From Macrostomum hystrix (Eukaryota; Animalia; Platyhelminthes): a stretch of DNA of 64,000 bases. The position numbers and the translations under genes were made by a program. Where the stretch lies: contig CATNEN010000030.1 in the NCBI GenBank assembly GCA_950097015.1, positions 372,001 to 436,000 of the forward strand, in the 5' to 3' direction. Below, one piece after another: positions 11,132 through 23,455 of this stretch (position 1 is its first letter; each line of letters opens with the position of its first letter). The notes under the pieces are model-generated. The model made no database searches, was not told the origin of the DNA, and saw only the letters and a list, made by a program, of their open reading frames with translations.

Positions 11132-14100
11132 GTGATGCGACAGGAGCACAAGCTGGTTGCTGGCATTCTGGCAGCTGCGGTTCTGATGCTGCTGTACTTC
11201 GGTGTCAGCCGGCGACCAACTAGGACACCCGTGGCAACCGACGACCACAAGAAGACGCCCCCGGTGATGCCGGCGGGCAGTCAGAAGGACGCATCGAATG
11301 TGCTCATCAAAACAGAACTGTACACAATGCGCCAGGTGAACGTATCCATCAGGCACAATGACGTGCGTCTGCACCTGAGCCTGGTTGCCGTGGAGCCCAG
11401 AAAGCACATTGAAGCCAGGGTGCCATCGGTGCTGCTGCTGCACGGTCACGAACAGACGGCCATGATGTGGGAGAAGATTGGCACCCTGCAGGTGCTCGGC
11501 GACACGGGACATCGGGCCTACGCTATCGACCTGCCAGGTGAGTGAGTTTAAGTCGACTGAAAGAACGCAATAACTTTGCTAGATACTTTCTCGTTATATT
11601 ACTTCCCACGTGTGAGTAGTAAAAGCGAAGACATTTTGTTCCTCAATAGAATGAAAATGAAGCTCTTTAAGAGAAACATGAAAAAATGAATGCGGGCCGC
11701 CATTTTGAGTTGATTCGGTCGACAAATTTTAATTTTCAATTCCTCGCGTGCCCGACAATGCATTTGAATTGTAGAAACACGAGTTAGAGACGCACCGTTA
11801 GTGATTCGCGCGAGATTGTACAATAAATATATTATTCAGTCAGCTAAAAACTAGCAGGGTTATATTTCCCCGAAATGCATCCTAGCAGTTTATAATTCAT
11901 AGTCTATTTTTTCTTTAATTAGTGACTGATCTGATAAAAAAACATTCAGCATCAACTTGAAGAAATAATCTTTTACTAACAATCTCTGATCACTCTCTAA
12001 TCACTCTCTAATCACTCTCTAATCACTCTCTGATCAATCTCTGATCACTCTCTGATCTCTCTCTGATCACTCTCTGAACACTCTCTGATCACTCTCTGAT
12101 CACTCTCTGATCACTCTCTGATCTCTCTCTGATCTCTCTCTGAACACTCTCTGATCACTCTCTGAACACTCTCTGATCACTCTCTGATCACTCTCTAATA
12201 ACTCTCTGATCACTCTCTGATCACTCTTTGATCACTCTCTAATCACAATCTAATCACTCTCTGATCACTCTCTGATCTCTCTCTGATCACTCTCTAATCA
12301 CAATCTAATCACTCTCTGATCACTCTCTGATCACTCTCTGATCTCTCTCTGATCACTCTCTGAACACTCTCTGATCACTCTCTGATCACTCTCTGATCAC
12401 TCTCTGATCTCTCTCTGATCACTCTCTGATCACTCTCTGATCACTCTCTAATCACTCTCTAATCACAATCTAATCACTCTCTGATCACTCTCTAATTACT
12501 CTCTAATCACAATCTAATCACTCTCTGATCACTCTCTAATCACTCTCTAATTACTCTCTGATCACTCTCTAATCACTCTCTAATCACTCTCTAATCACTC
12601 TCTGATCACTCTCTAATCACTCTCTAATTACTCTCTAATCACAATCTAATCACTCTCTGATCACTCTCTAATCACTCTCTAATTACTCTCTGATCACTCT
12701 CTAATCACTCTCTAATTACTCTCTGATCACTCTCTAATCACTCTCTAATCACTCTCTAATCACTCTCTGATCACTCTCTAATTACTCTCTGATCACTCTC
12801 TAATCACTCTCTAATCACTCTCTAATCACTCTCTAATCACTCTCTAATCACTCTCTAATCACTCTCTGATCACTCTTTAATCACCCTCTGATCACCCTCT
12901 GATCACTATCTGATTGTTGTTCATCGCGCACATGAAATTTATGTCCTTCATAACACGATTTCCATGTACGAGTGCAATTGACTATAAATGCATATTTTGA
13001 GTTAGTTGAGCAACTTTGTGCAGGCCATGAGGACAAATCGTACTGTCCTTGCTGAGCCAGCTTCTCCAGTCATTGCAGGGCAGATAACTTTTTATGTTTA
13101 TGAAGGCTGCAGAACAACCCTCATCACTTTTTTATCATAGGACTATCAGTGAAGTCTGACTCCTTCAGTAATAGTCATCTCTCAGGTTATAGTTGTTCTC
13201 CCTGTACGTAACCCGACATTAATTAACTGAACTCGACAAGAACAAGCAAAACCGATTTCAAATTTCATATCGCTTCTGTGGGCGGGGTTGATTCCAGAGC
13301 GAAAATGTTTTGCTCGTGGTCAAATTTATCCTCAACCCCTGTGGTTCTTTATCTGCTAATTAGGGAGGAAAATTACCTGCCCCCTAGAGCTTGTTCTTCC
13401 CTCTTCCAAGTCAACTCTGGCTCGCCCATCCATCCTTACTTTCTCCACCATAGCGGCATGATGAATCTGGACAGCACAGGGATCAATCTCTGGCTTTGTC
13501 ATTATCACCTGCGGCTTGGTCCGAACAAACTGCTCTGTTCTAATGCCTCTTTATAGGTGGGGCATAGGTTGACTGAAGGCTAACCTAGCAACCGAATCCC
13601 GATTGGGATCCCAATCCCAAGCAAGAATAGCGAGCCGGGATCGGAAAGTCAACTAAGCAGCTTAGTGAAGTTTCTTTGTCCGGCTGAGGAATTCGATTAG
13701 CAGGCTCGACTCATCATTTGATTTCCGCTTCTCTATGGGATATTGAAGTGACCATATTTGTCCGTTAATTCCGCTTGCTATTAGGACAGTGCTACAGTAC
13801 TTCATCGGTCTCTACCAACTGTCTGTGTCTCTCTACCAACTGTCTGTGTCTCTCTACCAACTGTCTGTATCTCTCTACCAACTGTCTGTGTCTCTCTACC
13901 AACTGTCTGTGTCTCTCTACCAACTGTCTGTGTCTCTACCAACTGTCTGTGTCTCTCTACCAACTGTCTGTGTCTCTACCAACTGTCTGTGTCTCTCTAC
14001 CAACTGTCTGTGTCTCTCTAACAACTGTCTGTGTCTCTCTACCAACTGTCTGTGTCTCTCTACCAACTGTCAGTGTCTCTCTACCAACTGTCAGTGTCTC

Positions 14101-17100
14101 TCTACCAACTGTCTGTGTCTCTCTACCAACTGTCTGTGTCTCTCTACCAACTGTCTGTGTCTCTCTACCAACTGTCTGTGTCTCTCTACCAACTGTCTGT
14201 GTCTCTACCAACTGTCTGTCTCTCTACCAACTGTCTGTGTCTCTACCAACTGTCTGTGTCTCTCTACCAACTGTCTGTGTCTCTCTACCAACTGTCTGTA
14301 TCTCTCTACCAACTGTCTGTGTCTCTCTACCAACTGTCTGTGTCTCTCTACCAACTGTCTGTGTCTCTCTACCAACTGTCTGTGTCTCTACCAACTGTCT
14401 GTGTCTCTCTACCAACTGTCTGTGTCTCTCTACCAACTGTCTGTGTCTCTCTAACAACTGTCTGTGTCTCTCTACCAACTGTCTGTGTCTCTCTACCAAC
14501 TGTCTGTGTCTCTCTACCAACTGTCTGTGTCTCTACCAACTGTCTGTGTCTCTCTACCAACTGTCTGTGTCTCTCTACCAACTGTCTGTGTCTCTCTACC
14601 AACTGTCTGTGTCTCTCTACCAACTGTCTGTGTCTCTCTACCAACTGTCTGTGTCTCTCTACCAACTGTCTGTGTCTCTCTACCAACTGTCTGTGTCTCT
14701 CTACCAACTGTCTGTGTCTCTCTACCAACTGTCTGTGTCTCTACCAACTGTCTGTGTCTCTACCAACTGTCTGTGTCTCTCTACCAACTGTCTGTGTCTC
14801 TCTACCAACTGTCTGTGTCTCTACCAACTGTCTGTGTCTCTCCCAACTGTCTGTGTCTCTACCAACTGTCTGTGTCTCAACCAACTGTCTGTGTCTCTCT
14901 ACCAACTGTCTGTGTCTCTACCAACTGTCTGTGTCTCTCCCAACTGTCTGTGTCTCAACCAACTGTCTGTGTCTATACCAACTGTCTGTATCTCTCTACC
15001 AACTGTCTGTGTCTCTCTACCAACTGTCTGTGTCTCTCTACCAACTGTCTGTGTCTCTCTACCAACTGTCTGTGTCCCTCTACCAACTGTCTGTGTCTCT
15101 ACCAACTGTCTGTGTCTCTCCCAACTGTCTGTGTCTCTACCAACTGTCTGTGTCTCTCTACCAACTGTCTGTGTCTCTACCAACTGTCTGTGTCTCTACC
15201 AACTGTCTGTGTCTCTCTACCAACTGTCTGTGTCCCTCTACCAACTGTCTGTGTCTCTACCAACTGTCTGTGTCTCTCCCAACTGTCTGTGTCTCTACCA
15301 ACTGTCTGTGTCTCTACCAACTGTCTGTGTCTCTCCCAACTGTCTGTGTCTCTACCAACTGTCTGTGTCTCAACCAACTGTCTGTGTCTCTACCAACTGT
15401 CTGTATCTCTCTACCAACTGTCTGTGTCTCTACCAACTGTCTGTGTCTCTCTACCAACTGTCAGTGTCCCTCTACCAACTGTCTGTGTCTCTACCAACTG
15501 TCTGTGTCTCTCCCAACTGTCTGTGTCTCTACCAACTGTCTGTGTCTCTACCAACTGTCTGTGTCTCTACCAACTGTCTGTGTCTCTCTACCAACTGTCT
15601 GTGTCTCTACCAACTGTCTGTGTCTCTCTACCAACTGTCTGTGTCTCTACCAACTGTCTGTGTCTCTACCAACTGTCTGTGTCTCTACCAACTGTCTGTG
15701 TCTCTCTACCAACTGTCTGTGTCTCTACCAACTGTCTGTGTCTCTACCAACTGTCTGTCTCTCTACCAACTGCCTGCGTCCCTCTACCAACTGTCTGTGT
15801 CTCTCTACCAACTGCCTGCGTCCTTCTACCAACTGTCTGTGTCTCTACCAATGTCCCTAAGCTCGATTCCGCGGCGAGGCCATATTCATTTGGGGCGCAG
15901 TCGCGAAGAGAAGGCTTGGGGGCTTGTCGTGCAGTTTAGGCTCTTGAGGGCCGACCTACAAAGCACATTACAAAATGTACGCTGCCTGACGATGAGAAAG
16001 TCAGGGCAGATGTACACACCTGTGGGAGCGTGTGTCTGCGTACGGTATCTGTGTGCGTGTGTGCTCAGGAGTCAGCGAAATGGACAGAATTGCCTCCTCA
16101 CTGGCTGCGGGTCTAGTGTCACCAAATGCAGCCCTCCCGCAATTATTATTATTATTATTACTATTATTGTTATTCTACCTCACTCTGTTCCTCAGGCTCT
16201 GGCAGCACCCGGCTGATGGGCAAACTGGCGCATTCAGACTTCATGCAGGCTGTTGTTGACTATCTCGAACTTGACCGGCCAGTCATCGTGGCGCCCTCCA
16301 CCTCGGGAGTGTACGCCTTTGCCTACGCCCTGGAAGATGCGAGCAGCATGCGGTCACGGCTGTCGGGCTTCATCGGCCTGTCGCCATCGCATGCTCTGGC
16401 TTACAGACAGGAGGATTTCGCTCACTTCAAGGTGCGGATCTCCTATTATATCTATTTGAAGTCCCTAATTCCGAGAGTCGAGCCATGGATTTCTAAATCT
16501 GGGAGTCATGCTTCCCAATTTAGGTTTCAGCGAACCCAATTTAAGGAATCGCAATGGATCTCTCCTAAATCTTCTATCCATTATCCTAAATCCCGTATGC
16601 CATATCCCATACCGTAAAAGCCTAATTGACGTGCAATGTAATCCCGTTACCCTAAATCCAGTATCATAAGACCCAAATCCCGTATCCTAACCATGTATCA
16701 TAAACGCTGCATCCTAAATCCTGCATCCAAAATCCCATATCCAAAATCACGTATCCAAAATCATGTATCCAGAATTCCGTATCCTAAAACCCGTATCGTA
16801 AAACCAGTATCATATATCCTGCATCCTAATCCTGCATCCTAAATCCCTTATCCTTAATCCTGTATCCTAAATCCCGTATCCTAAATCTCGTATTCTAAAT
16901 CCCATATTCTAAATCCCGTATCCTAAATCCCATATTCTAAATCAAGAAACCAATGTCCCATTTTTCTGCATTGCATTTTTTATCCAAATCCGTATCCTAA
17001 ACCTAGGCTCCTTTATCTATTATCCTAAACCTAGGCTCCTTTATCTATTATCCTAAACCTAGGCTCCTTTATCTATTATCCTAAACCTAGGCTCCTTTAT

Positions 17101-18122
17101 CTATTATCCTAAACCTAGGCTCCTTTATCTATTATCCTAAACCTAGGCTCCTTTATCTATTATCCTAAACCTAGGCTCCTTTATCTATTATCCTAAACCT
17201 AGGCTCCTTTATCTATTATCCTAAACCTAGGCTCCTTTATCTATTATCCTAAACCTAGGCTCCTTTATCTATTATCCTAAACCTAGACTCCTTTATCTAT
17301 TATCCTAAACCTAGGCTCCTTTATCTAGTATCCTAAACCTAGGCTCCTTTATCTAGTATCCTAAACCTAGGCTCCTTTATCTATTATCCTAAACCTAGAC
17401 TCCTTTATCTATTATCCTAAACCTAGACTCCTTTATCTATTATCCTAAACCTAGGCTCCTTTATCTATTATCCTAAACCTAGGCTCCTTTATCTATTATC
17501 CTAAACCTAGGCTCCTTTATCTATTATCCTAAACCTAGGCTCCTTTATCTATTATCCTAAACCTAGGCTCCTTTATCTATTAATCCTAAACCTAGGCTCC
17601 TTTATCTATTATCCTAAACCTAGGCTCCTTTATCTATTATCCTAAACCTAGGCTCCTTTATCTATTATCCTAAACCTAGGCTCCTTTATCTATTATCCTA
17701 AACCTAGGCTCCTTTATCTATTATCCTAAACCTAGGCTCCTTTATCTATTATCCTAAACCTAGGCTCCTTTATCTATTATCCTAAACCCCTAAGTATCCT
17801 ATGACCCGCATTTCGCAAGCGCAAGTTCCGTGTCTCCAGTCTATCTCGCTATCTTAAATCCAGGGTTCCGAATCTGATTGCAGGGTCAGTAAAAACTTCG
17901 CTCGTAAATGGCTTCAATTATCTAATTTCCCAGAGAGTGTACGCTGTTCTAATGTACGGCACAGAGGACGATCTGCCAGGTGAGGAGGCCTACAAGCGAT
18001 TCCGTCTCATTCCTTCTGCTCGAGTCATCCCTGTGGATTCGGCCAGCCATCAGCACTTTTTAGAGCGGCCAGATCTTGTCAATGACGTCATTATTGACGC
18101 ACTGAAAGCGTTGGAGGACTAA
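11132..18122 (+). CDS. ABHD14: ABHD14-like alpha/beta hydrolase with N-terminal signal anchor; exons 11132-11537, 16196-16431, 17934-18122
   Basis: VLLLHG, WEKIGTLQVL, RAYAIDLPG, PVIVAPSTSG (nucleophile Ser), LMYGTED (Asp), SHQHF (His) follow the ABHD14A/B pattern; donors GTGAGT (11538) and GTGCGG (16432) and acceptors are phase-compatible. Confidence 0.92.
11985..12915. repeat. 11-bp minisatellite (TGATCACTCTC/TAATCACTCTC)n
   Basis: Tandem array in ABHD14 intron 1. Confidence 0.97.
13809..15850. repeat. 21/19-bp minisatellite (TACCAACTGTCTGTGTCTCTC)n
   Basis: ~100 copies; source of the 491-813 aa artefact ORFs. Confidence 0.98.
15845..16172 (+). mobile_element. tRNA-derived SINE with type-A tail ending in (ATT)n
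   Basis: GTCCCTAAGCTCGATTCC B-box region, body shared with 32.0 and 56.6 kb copies, tail CTGGCTGCGGGTCTAGTGTCAC then (ATT)n just before the exon 2 acceptor. Confidence 0.85.
16620..16940. repeat. Degenerate 14-bp repeat (ATCCTAAATCCCGT)
   Basis: Tandem units read directly. Confidence 0.8.
16994..17788. repeat. 28-bp minisatellite (TATCCTAAACCTAGGCTCCTTTATCTAT)n
   Basis: ~28 near-identical copies in ABHD14 intron 2. Confidence 0.97.
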
Positions 18123-18409
18123 CTTTGCTTGTCTGCTGTCTCATCCTAATCATGTTTGAGTACTATCTATTGATCCTACGTTTGATCATAATCATTAAAA
18201 AAACTGACGATGCGAGATGCCAATAATTTATATTGATTGCTAATCAAGACAATGGCTATTAGTAAAAGCAATTTCACTTGCAATAGTCAAGACAATGACA
18301 TACTAGTTATGCTCAGATTAATTAATGCAAAGGTAATTACTTCGAGGATTGAATTAAATACGATTCAAAATAGAATGGTAAATACAGAGTAAACAAGACG
18401 AAGGAGTGA

Positions 18410-19005
18410 TGAGAGATGAAAGATGGAATGAGATGGAAGGTTGGGGTGAGATGAGAGGAGAGATGGGGTAGAGAATGAGATGGAAGGTTAGGGGAGATGA
18501 GATGAGAGGAGAGATGGGGTAGAGAATGAGATGGAAGGTTAGGGAGATGAGATGAGAGGAGAGATGGGGTAGAGAATGAGATGGAAGGTTAGGGAGATGA
18601 GATGAGAGGAGAGATGGGGTAGAGAATGAGATGGAAGGTTAGGGAGATGAGATGGGAGGAGAGATCGGGGAGAGAATGAGATGGAAGGTTGGGGAGATGA
18701 GATGGGAGGAGAGATGGGTAGAGAATGAGATGAGAGGAGAGATGGGTAGAGAATGAGATGAGAGGAGAGATGGGGTAGAGAATGAGATCAGAGGAGAGAT
18801 GGGGTAGAGAATGAGATGAGAGGAGAGATGGGTAGAGAATGAGATGGAAGGTTAGGGAGATGAGATGGGAGGAGAGATCGGGGAGAGAATGAGATGAGAG
18901 GAGAGATGGGTAGAGAATGAGATGAGAGGAGAGATGGGTAGAGAATGAGATGAGAGGAGAGATGGGGTAGAGAATGAGATGCGAGGAGAGATGGGGTAGA
19001 GGATA
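18410..19005. repeat. Purine-rich composite minisatellite (GAGATGAGAGGAGAGATGGGGTAGAGAAT with GGAAGGTTAGG variant)
   Basis: Tandem units read directly. Confidence 0.93.
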
Positions 19006-19654
19006 ATAGTCAAGGTTTGGTGAGACGATCACTTAGTATCTAGATTAAGATTAAGATTTTTCATATCTTCCAAAAAAATCCTAAATTGTATTTTTCCGTT
19101 ATTTTAATTGTGCCCCAAATGGTTGCCAGCTGATTTTAATAGCTAATTACAGCAGGTGGGCAATATTTGTCAGGTGCAATATCCTAGTCTCGGCCAGGTG
19201 GTGAATTTAGTATAGATAAGAAGCGATAGTTCATTAATACCATAGTCCCGGCTTATAGCTCGACTGCGCAAATAATTTTCTCTATTTTTCTAGGAGGAAA
19301 AAATGAAAGACACTAGGAGTGGCTCTGATTGAATTGTCAGCAATAGGAAAAATATGATTGCCTTTTTTAAGCACAAGTGCAGCCAACTAATTACTACGAG
19401 ATGCAGGATGCTTCAACACAATTCTGCGAAGAAATTTGCGTTAGTTCTATGCAGAAATAAATTCATCCGGTTTCAACTGCCTATCGGCGCTGAAAAAAAG
19501 AAATTCTTGTAAAAAACTGTTTCTACTTGTAATTTGCCATTTCAATTGGCACCAAAATATTTTCGCGGGACTCAAAAATGAAAGCAGAAATGTTTGTGCT
19601 AGCAACAGATCAATCTACACCATTGATTGTATTTATATCTACAATAGCATAGAG

Positions 19655-19838
19655 AGAGATAGTAAATAGATAGATAGGTAGATAGATAGATAGGTACGTA
19701 CTCGTAGATAGGTAGATAGATAGATAGATAGATAGGTAGGTAGATAGATAGGTAGGTAGATAGATAGATAGATAGATAGATAGGTACTCGTAGATAGGTA
19801 GATAGATAGGTAGATAGATAGATAGATAGATAGATAGA
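19655..19838. repeat. (AGAT/AGGT)n microsatellite
   Basis: Direct reading. Confidence 0.97.
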
Positions 19839-19900
19839 CGAATGTAAAGAAACCACGCACACAGAGTAGGAATCTCTCTTAATTGCAAGTTGAATCTGTC

Positions 19901-19939
19901 GACCAATATTTCGGCCCTTTCTGGGCCTTCGTCAGGGTC
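19901..19939 (-). ncRNA. Minimal type I hammerhead ribozyme
   Basis: Minus strand GACC-CUGACGA-A-GGCCC-AGAAA-GGGCC-GAAA-U-AUU-GGUC: stem I GACC/GGUC, core, 5-bp stem II, palindromic stem III, AUU triplet. Confidence 0.78.
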
Positions 19940-20189
19940 CGTTTATTTGAAGAGCGAAGAGAGCGAATTTTGAGCGAGACTTTTATAGCGATAAATAAAT
20001 GGTATTGAGAGTGGATAGGCTGAGCAGGCACGATGAACAAGTGTACATGCAGCCAACTAAAAAGGTGCCAGAGACTTAAAGGTCTTAGAGTCAAATTCAA
20101 AAATGAATGAAGCAGCGCTAACTATCAACCAGGAATGGGTGGGTAGCAAACGAAAAAACTTTTCAGCGAACACACAAAGGTCACGGCTG

Positions 20190-20735
20190 ACATGGGCAGT
20201 TCAACAGGAACGAAGAGTTTTAACTGAATGAAAAGAATGACTGCAACTGGCAGGTTGGGGAAGTCTGAGCGCAGACCTTCCGCGTGCCGAGCCCCTGAAT
20301 CACAGGCAACTCGACCCTGCCGTCTGGGGCCCGACGTTGTCACGACCGATGTTGGGCAGATGATGTAGGACACAATTGGAGGGCAGATCGACTGCTTCAG
20401 GCAGGTGGGGAAGTCTGAGCACAGACCTTCCGGGCGCCGAGCCCCTGAAGCACAGGCAACTCGACCCTGCAGTCTGCGATCCAAACTGGTCATGGCTGAC
20501 ATTGGACAGATGATGTAGGACACAATTGAAGGGCAGAACGACTGCTTCTGGCAGGTGGGGAAGTCTGAGCACAGACCTTCCGGGCGCCAAGCCCCTGAAG
20601 CACAGGCAACTTGACCCTGCAGTCTGCGATCCCAACTGGTCATGGCTGACATTGGACAGATGTTGTAGAGCACAATTGAAGGGCAGAATGACTGCTTCTG
20701 GCAGGTGGGGAAGTCTGAGCACAGACCTTCCGGGT
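20190..20735. repeat. 150-bp tandem repeat, ~3.5 copies
   Basis: GGGGAAGTCTGAGC recurs at ~20256, 20407, 20557, 20707; the translated unit is 50 aa. Confidence 0.92.
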
Positions 20736-20846
20736 GGTAGGTAGGTAGATAGATAGGTAGATAGGTAGATAGGTAGATAGGTAGATAGATAGATAGGTAG
20801 ATAGGTAGATAGGTAGATAGGTAGATAGATAGATAGATAGATAGAC

Positions 20847-20908
<62 letters not shown>

Positions 20909-21186
20909 GTAGATAGGTAGATAGATAGATAGGTAGATAGATAGGTAGATAGATAGATAGGTAGATAGGTAGGTAGATAGGTAGATAGATAGGTAGATAG
21001 GTAGATAGGTAGATAGGTAGATAGATAGATAGGTAGATAGATAGATAGATAGGTAGATAGGTAGATAGATAGATAGGTAGATAGATAGGTAGATAGATAG
21101 ATAGGTAGATAGGTAGGTAGATAGGTAGATAGATAGGTAGATAGGTAGATAGGTAGATAGGTAGATAGATAGATAGGTAGATAGAC

Positions 21187-21224
<38 letters not shown>

Positions 21225-21272
21225 GTAGATAGATAGATAGATAGGTAGATAGATAGATAGATAGGTAGATAG
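20736..21272. repeat. (AGAT/AGGT)n microsatellite
   Basis: Direct reading. Confidence 0.98.
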
Positions 21273-21689
21273 AATGAATCAAAGAATCAAAGCTGCAGTT
21301 TATTTGCTGTGATGATAGGACACATAAGTAGCCCAATACAATTGGCAGCACTATACCCAAGGTCGTGTCGCTTGTCCAGGCCGCAGTGCCGCTTTGATCG
21401 ATGGCCCAACTGCAGCTGGGTGAGTGAGTAAAGCCAAGCTTTTAAGCCGCTGAATGGCTGCGACTTTCGTGTATTGCGGCTTAGCTCTGAGCCGGCCAGC
21501 CGGGTTTGGCTTCGATTTATTCCTGGCCCACTAATTCTCCGCATAACACGACCACGGCCTGGCCGGTTTCATACGCCTGGACTTTTATTAATCGTGTTCG
21601 ACGTCATCTGACCCGACCGTGCCCTTGCCGTGTGAAAATCGTTTGGAAAACTAAAGTTTCGACAGAAAACTACACTTTGAATCAATGTT

Positions 21690-21880
21690 TTCAGGGGGTT
21701 AGAGTGTCAGACTTATGATTCAAAAGTCGGGGTTCGAGTCCCGACTCCACTGAAACTGCTTGTGTCCATTTAGACACTCAACTCTACGGGTAACAGAATC
21801 GGATGGGGTTATTGAGGGTGGGTGTGGCGTCCTCCCAGTCCATGGACTGAGCACCCGCAACATCTGCGTCTGTACCAGAA
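21690..21880 (+). mobile_element. tRNA-derived SINE (second head type)
   Basis: B-box GGTTCGAGTCC at ~21730 and core GGGTGGGTGTGGCGTCCTCCCAGTCCATGGACTG. Confidence 0.72.
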
Positions 21881-22292
21881 GCCATGTCACTCAGTTTGAG
21901 ATCACCTGACAGATGCCATGTCACTCAGTTTGAGATCACCTGTCAGATGTCCTGTCCCTCAGTTTGAGATCACCTGTCAGATGCCCTGTCACTCAGTTTG
22001 AGATCACCTGACAGAAGCCCTGTCACTCAGTTTGAGATCACCTGTCAGATGTCCTGTCCCTCAGTTTGAGATCACCTGTCAGATGCCCTGTCACTCAGTT
22101 TGAGATCACCTGACAGAAGCCCTGTCACTCAGTTTGAGATCACCTGACAGATGCCATGTCACTCAGTTTGAGATCACCTGTCAGATGCCGTGTCACTCAG
22201 TTTGAGAACACCTGACAGAAGCCATGTCACTCAGTTTGAGAACACCTGACAGAAGCCATGTCACTCAGTTTGAGAACACCGACAGAAGCCAT
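21880..22292. repeat. 33-bp minisatellite (GCCATGTCACTCAGTTTGAGATCACCTGACAGA)n
   Basis: ~12 copies directly abutting the SINE 3' end. Confidence 0.95.
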
Positions 22293-23119
22293 GTCACTCA
22301 GTTTACTAAAACAAAAATCAGTAAGAAGCTTGATTCCTTCCAATATGCAAAATTACTAAGTAGCTCAATATTTTCAAGTGTATTTGAAAGGCTCTGTGCC
22401 AAACATATGAACTCGCAAAAGTTTTTTATGATCTGCTAAAATGAATAAAATATCGAACCAAAACTCAGTCGAGTTAGTTACGGAGTTCGGTGAGGAGAGG
22501 CCATGAATCACACTTGTTGCACATTATTAATTCGCATTTCAGAAGCAAGACAGCTCTCTCTTTTTTAGTGAGTCTAAAAAATGATGAATTTTTTAAAGGT
22601 GCAAGCATTTTGCTTAATTAGCGAACTGTAACTAACCCCCCATTCTGCTCATCAATTATTCAACACGTGAAATATGGCATTGCTCAGCTACTGTGGAGCT
22701 GGGCGACTTCGCCGAGTAGGTCCAGACACTAAAGATGCGAGAAGCCGCACAGAGTACATTTCGAGGATTACTCAGTGAAACAAGGCAAGTACTGTACTAG
22801 GCAAAGTATATAGTACTCTATAGTCTACAGCAATAGTGCAAGCCTAAATGAGGTTTAAAGACACATTAGCATGAAGCATTACAGAGAGTTAAGCAGTCAC
22901 GTTGGAGTTTGTAGCAATAGGCGCGTGTGCCGCTGACAATTAAAGAGGTAAATTAGTTCACACCAACGCAAAATAGACAATGAAAATCGTCATTGCGTTT
23001 GCGCTGCAAAAACTAACAGCCTGCAGGTTAAAATGTCATTTTATCTTCAACAAGGGATTCCAGATACCCATTTGGTACATTAGCCAGTGACAATAAGTTA
23101 GTTCACGATGTCTCTTGTT

Positions 23120-23455
<336 letters not shown>

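Larger units (their letters stand above)
19839..20737 (-). mobile_element. 5'-truncated Penelope-like/retrozyme element inserted in (TCTA)n
   Basis: Bounded on both sides by (TCTA)n; carries a hammerhead and the CTGTGTGCGTGG motif shared with the 43.8 kb copy. Confidence 0.55.

Noticed and set aside
13601-13616. Perfect 16-bp palindrome GATTGGGATCCCAATC
   Set aside because: Single occurrence with no supporting context.
13775-16216. 813/609/491-aa ORFs
   Set aside because: Translations of the 21/19-bp minisatellite, open in several frames.
20125-20735. Sushi/CCP-domain protein from the 50-aa repeat
   Set aside because: The CxxGxWxP resemblance is superficial, there are five Cys per unit, other frames are also open, and the ORF start lies in a microsatellite; kept only as a repeat finding.
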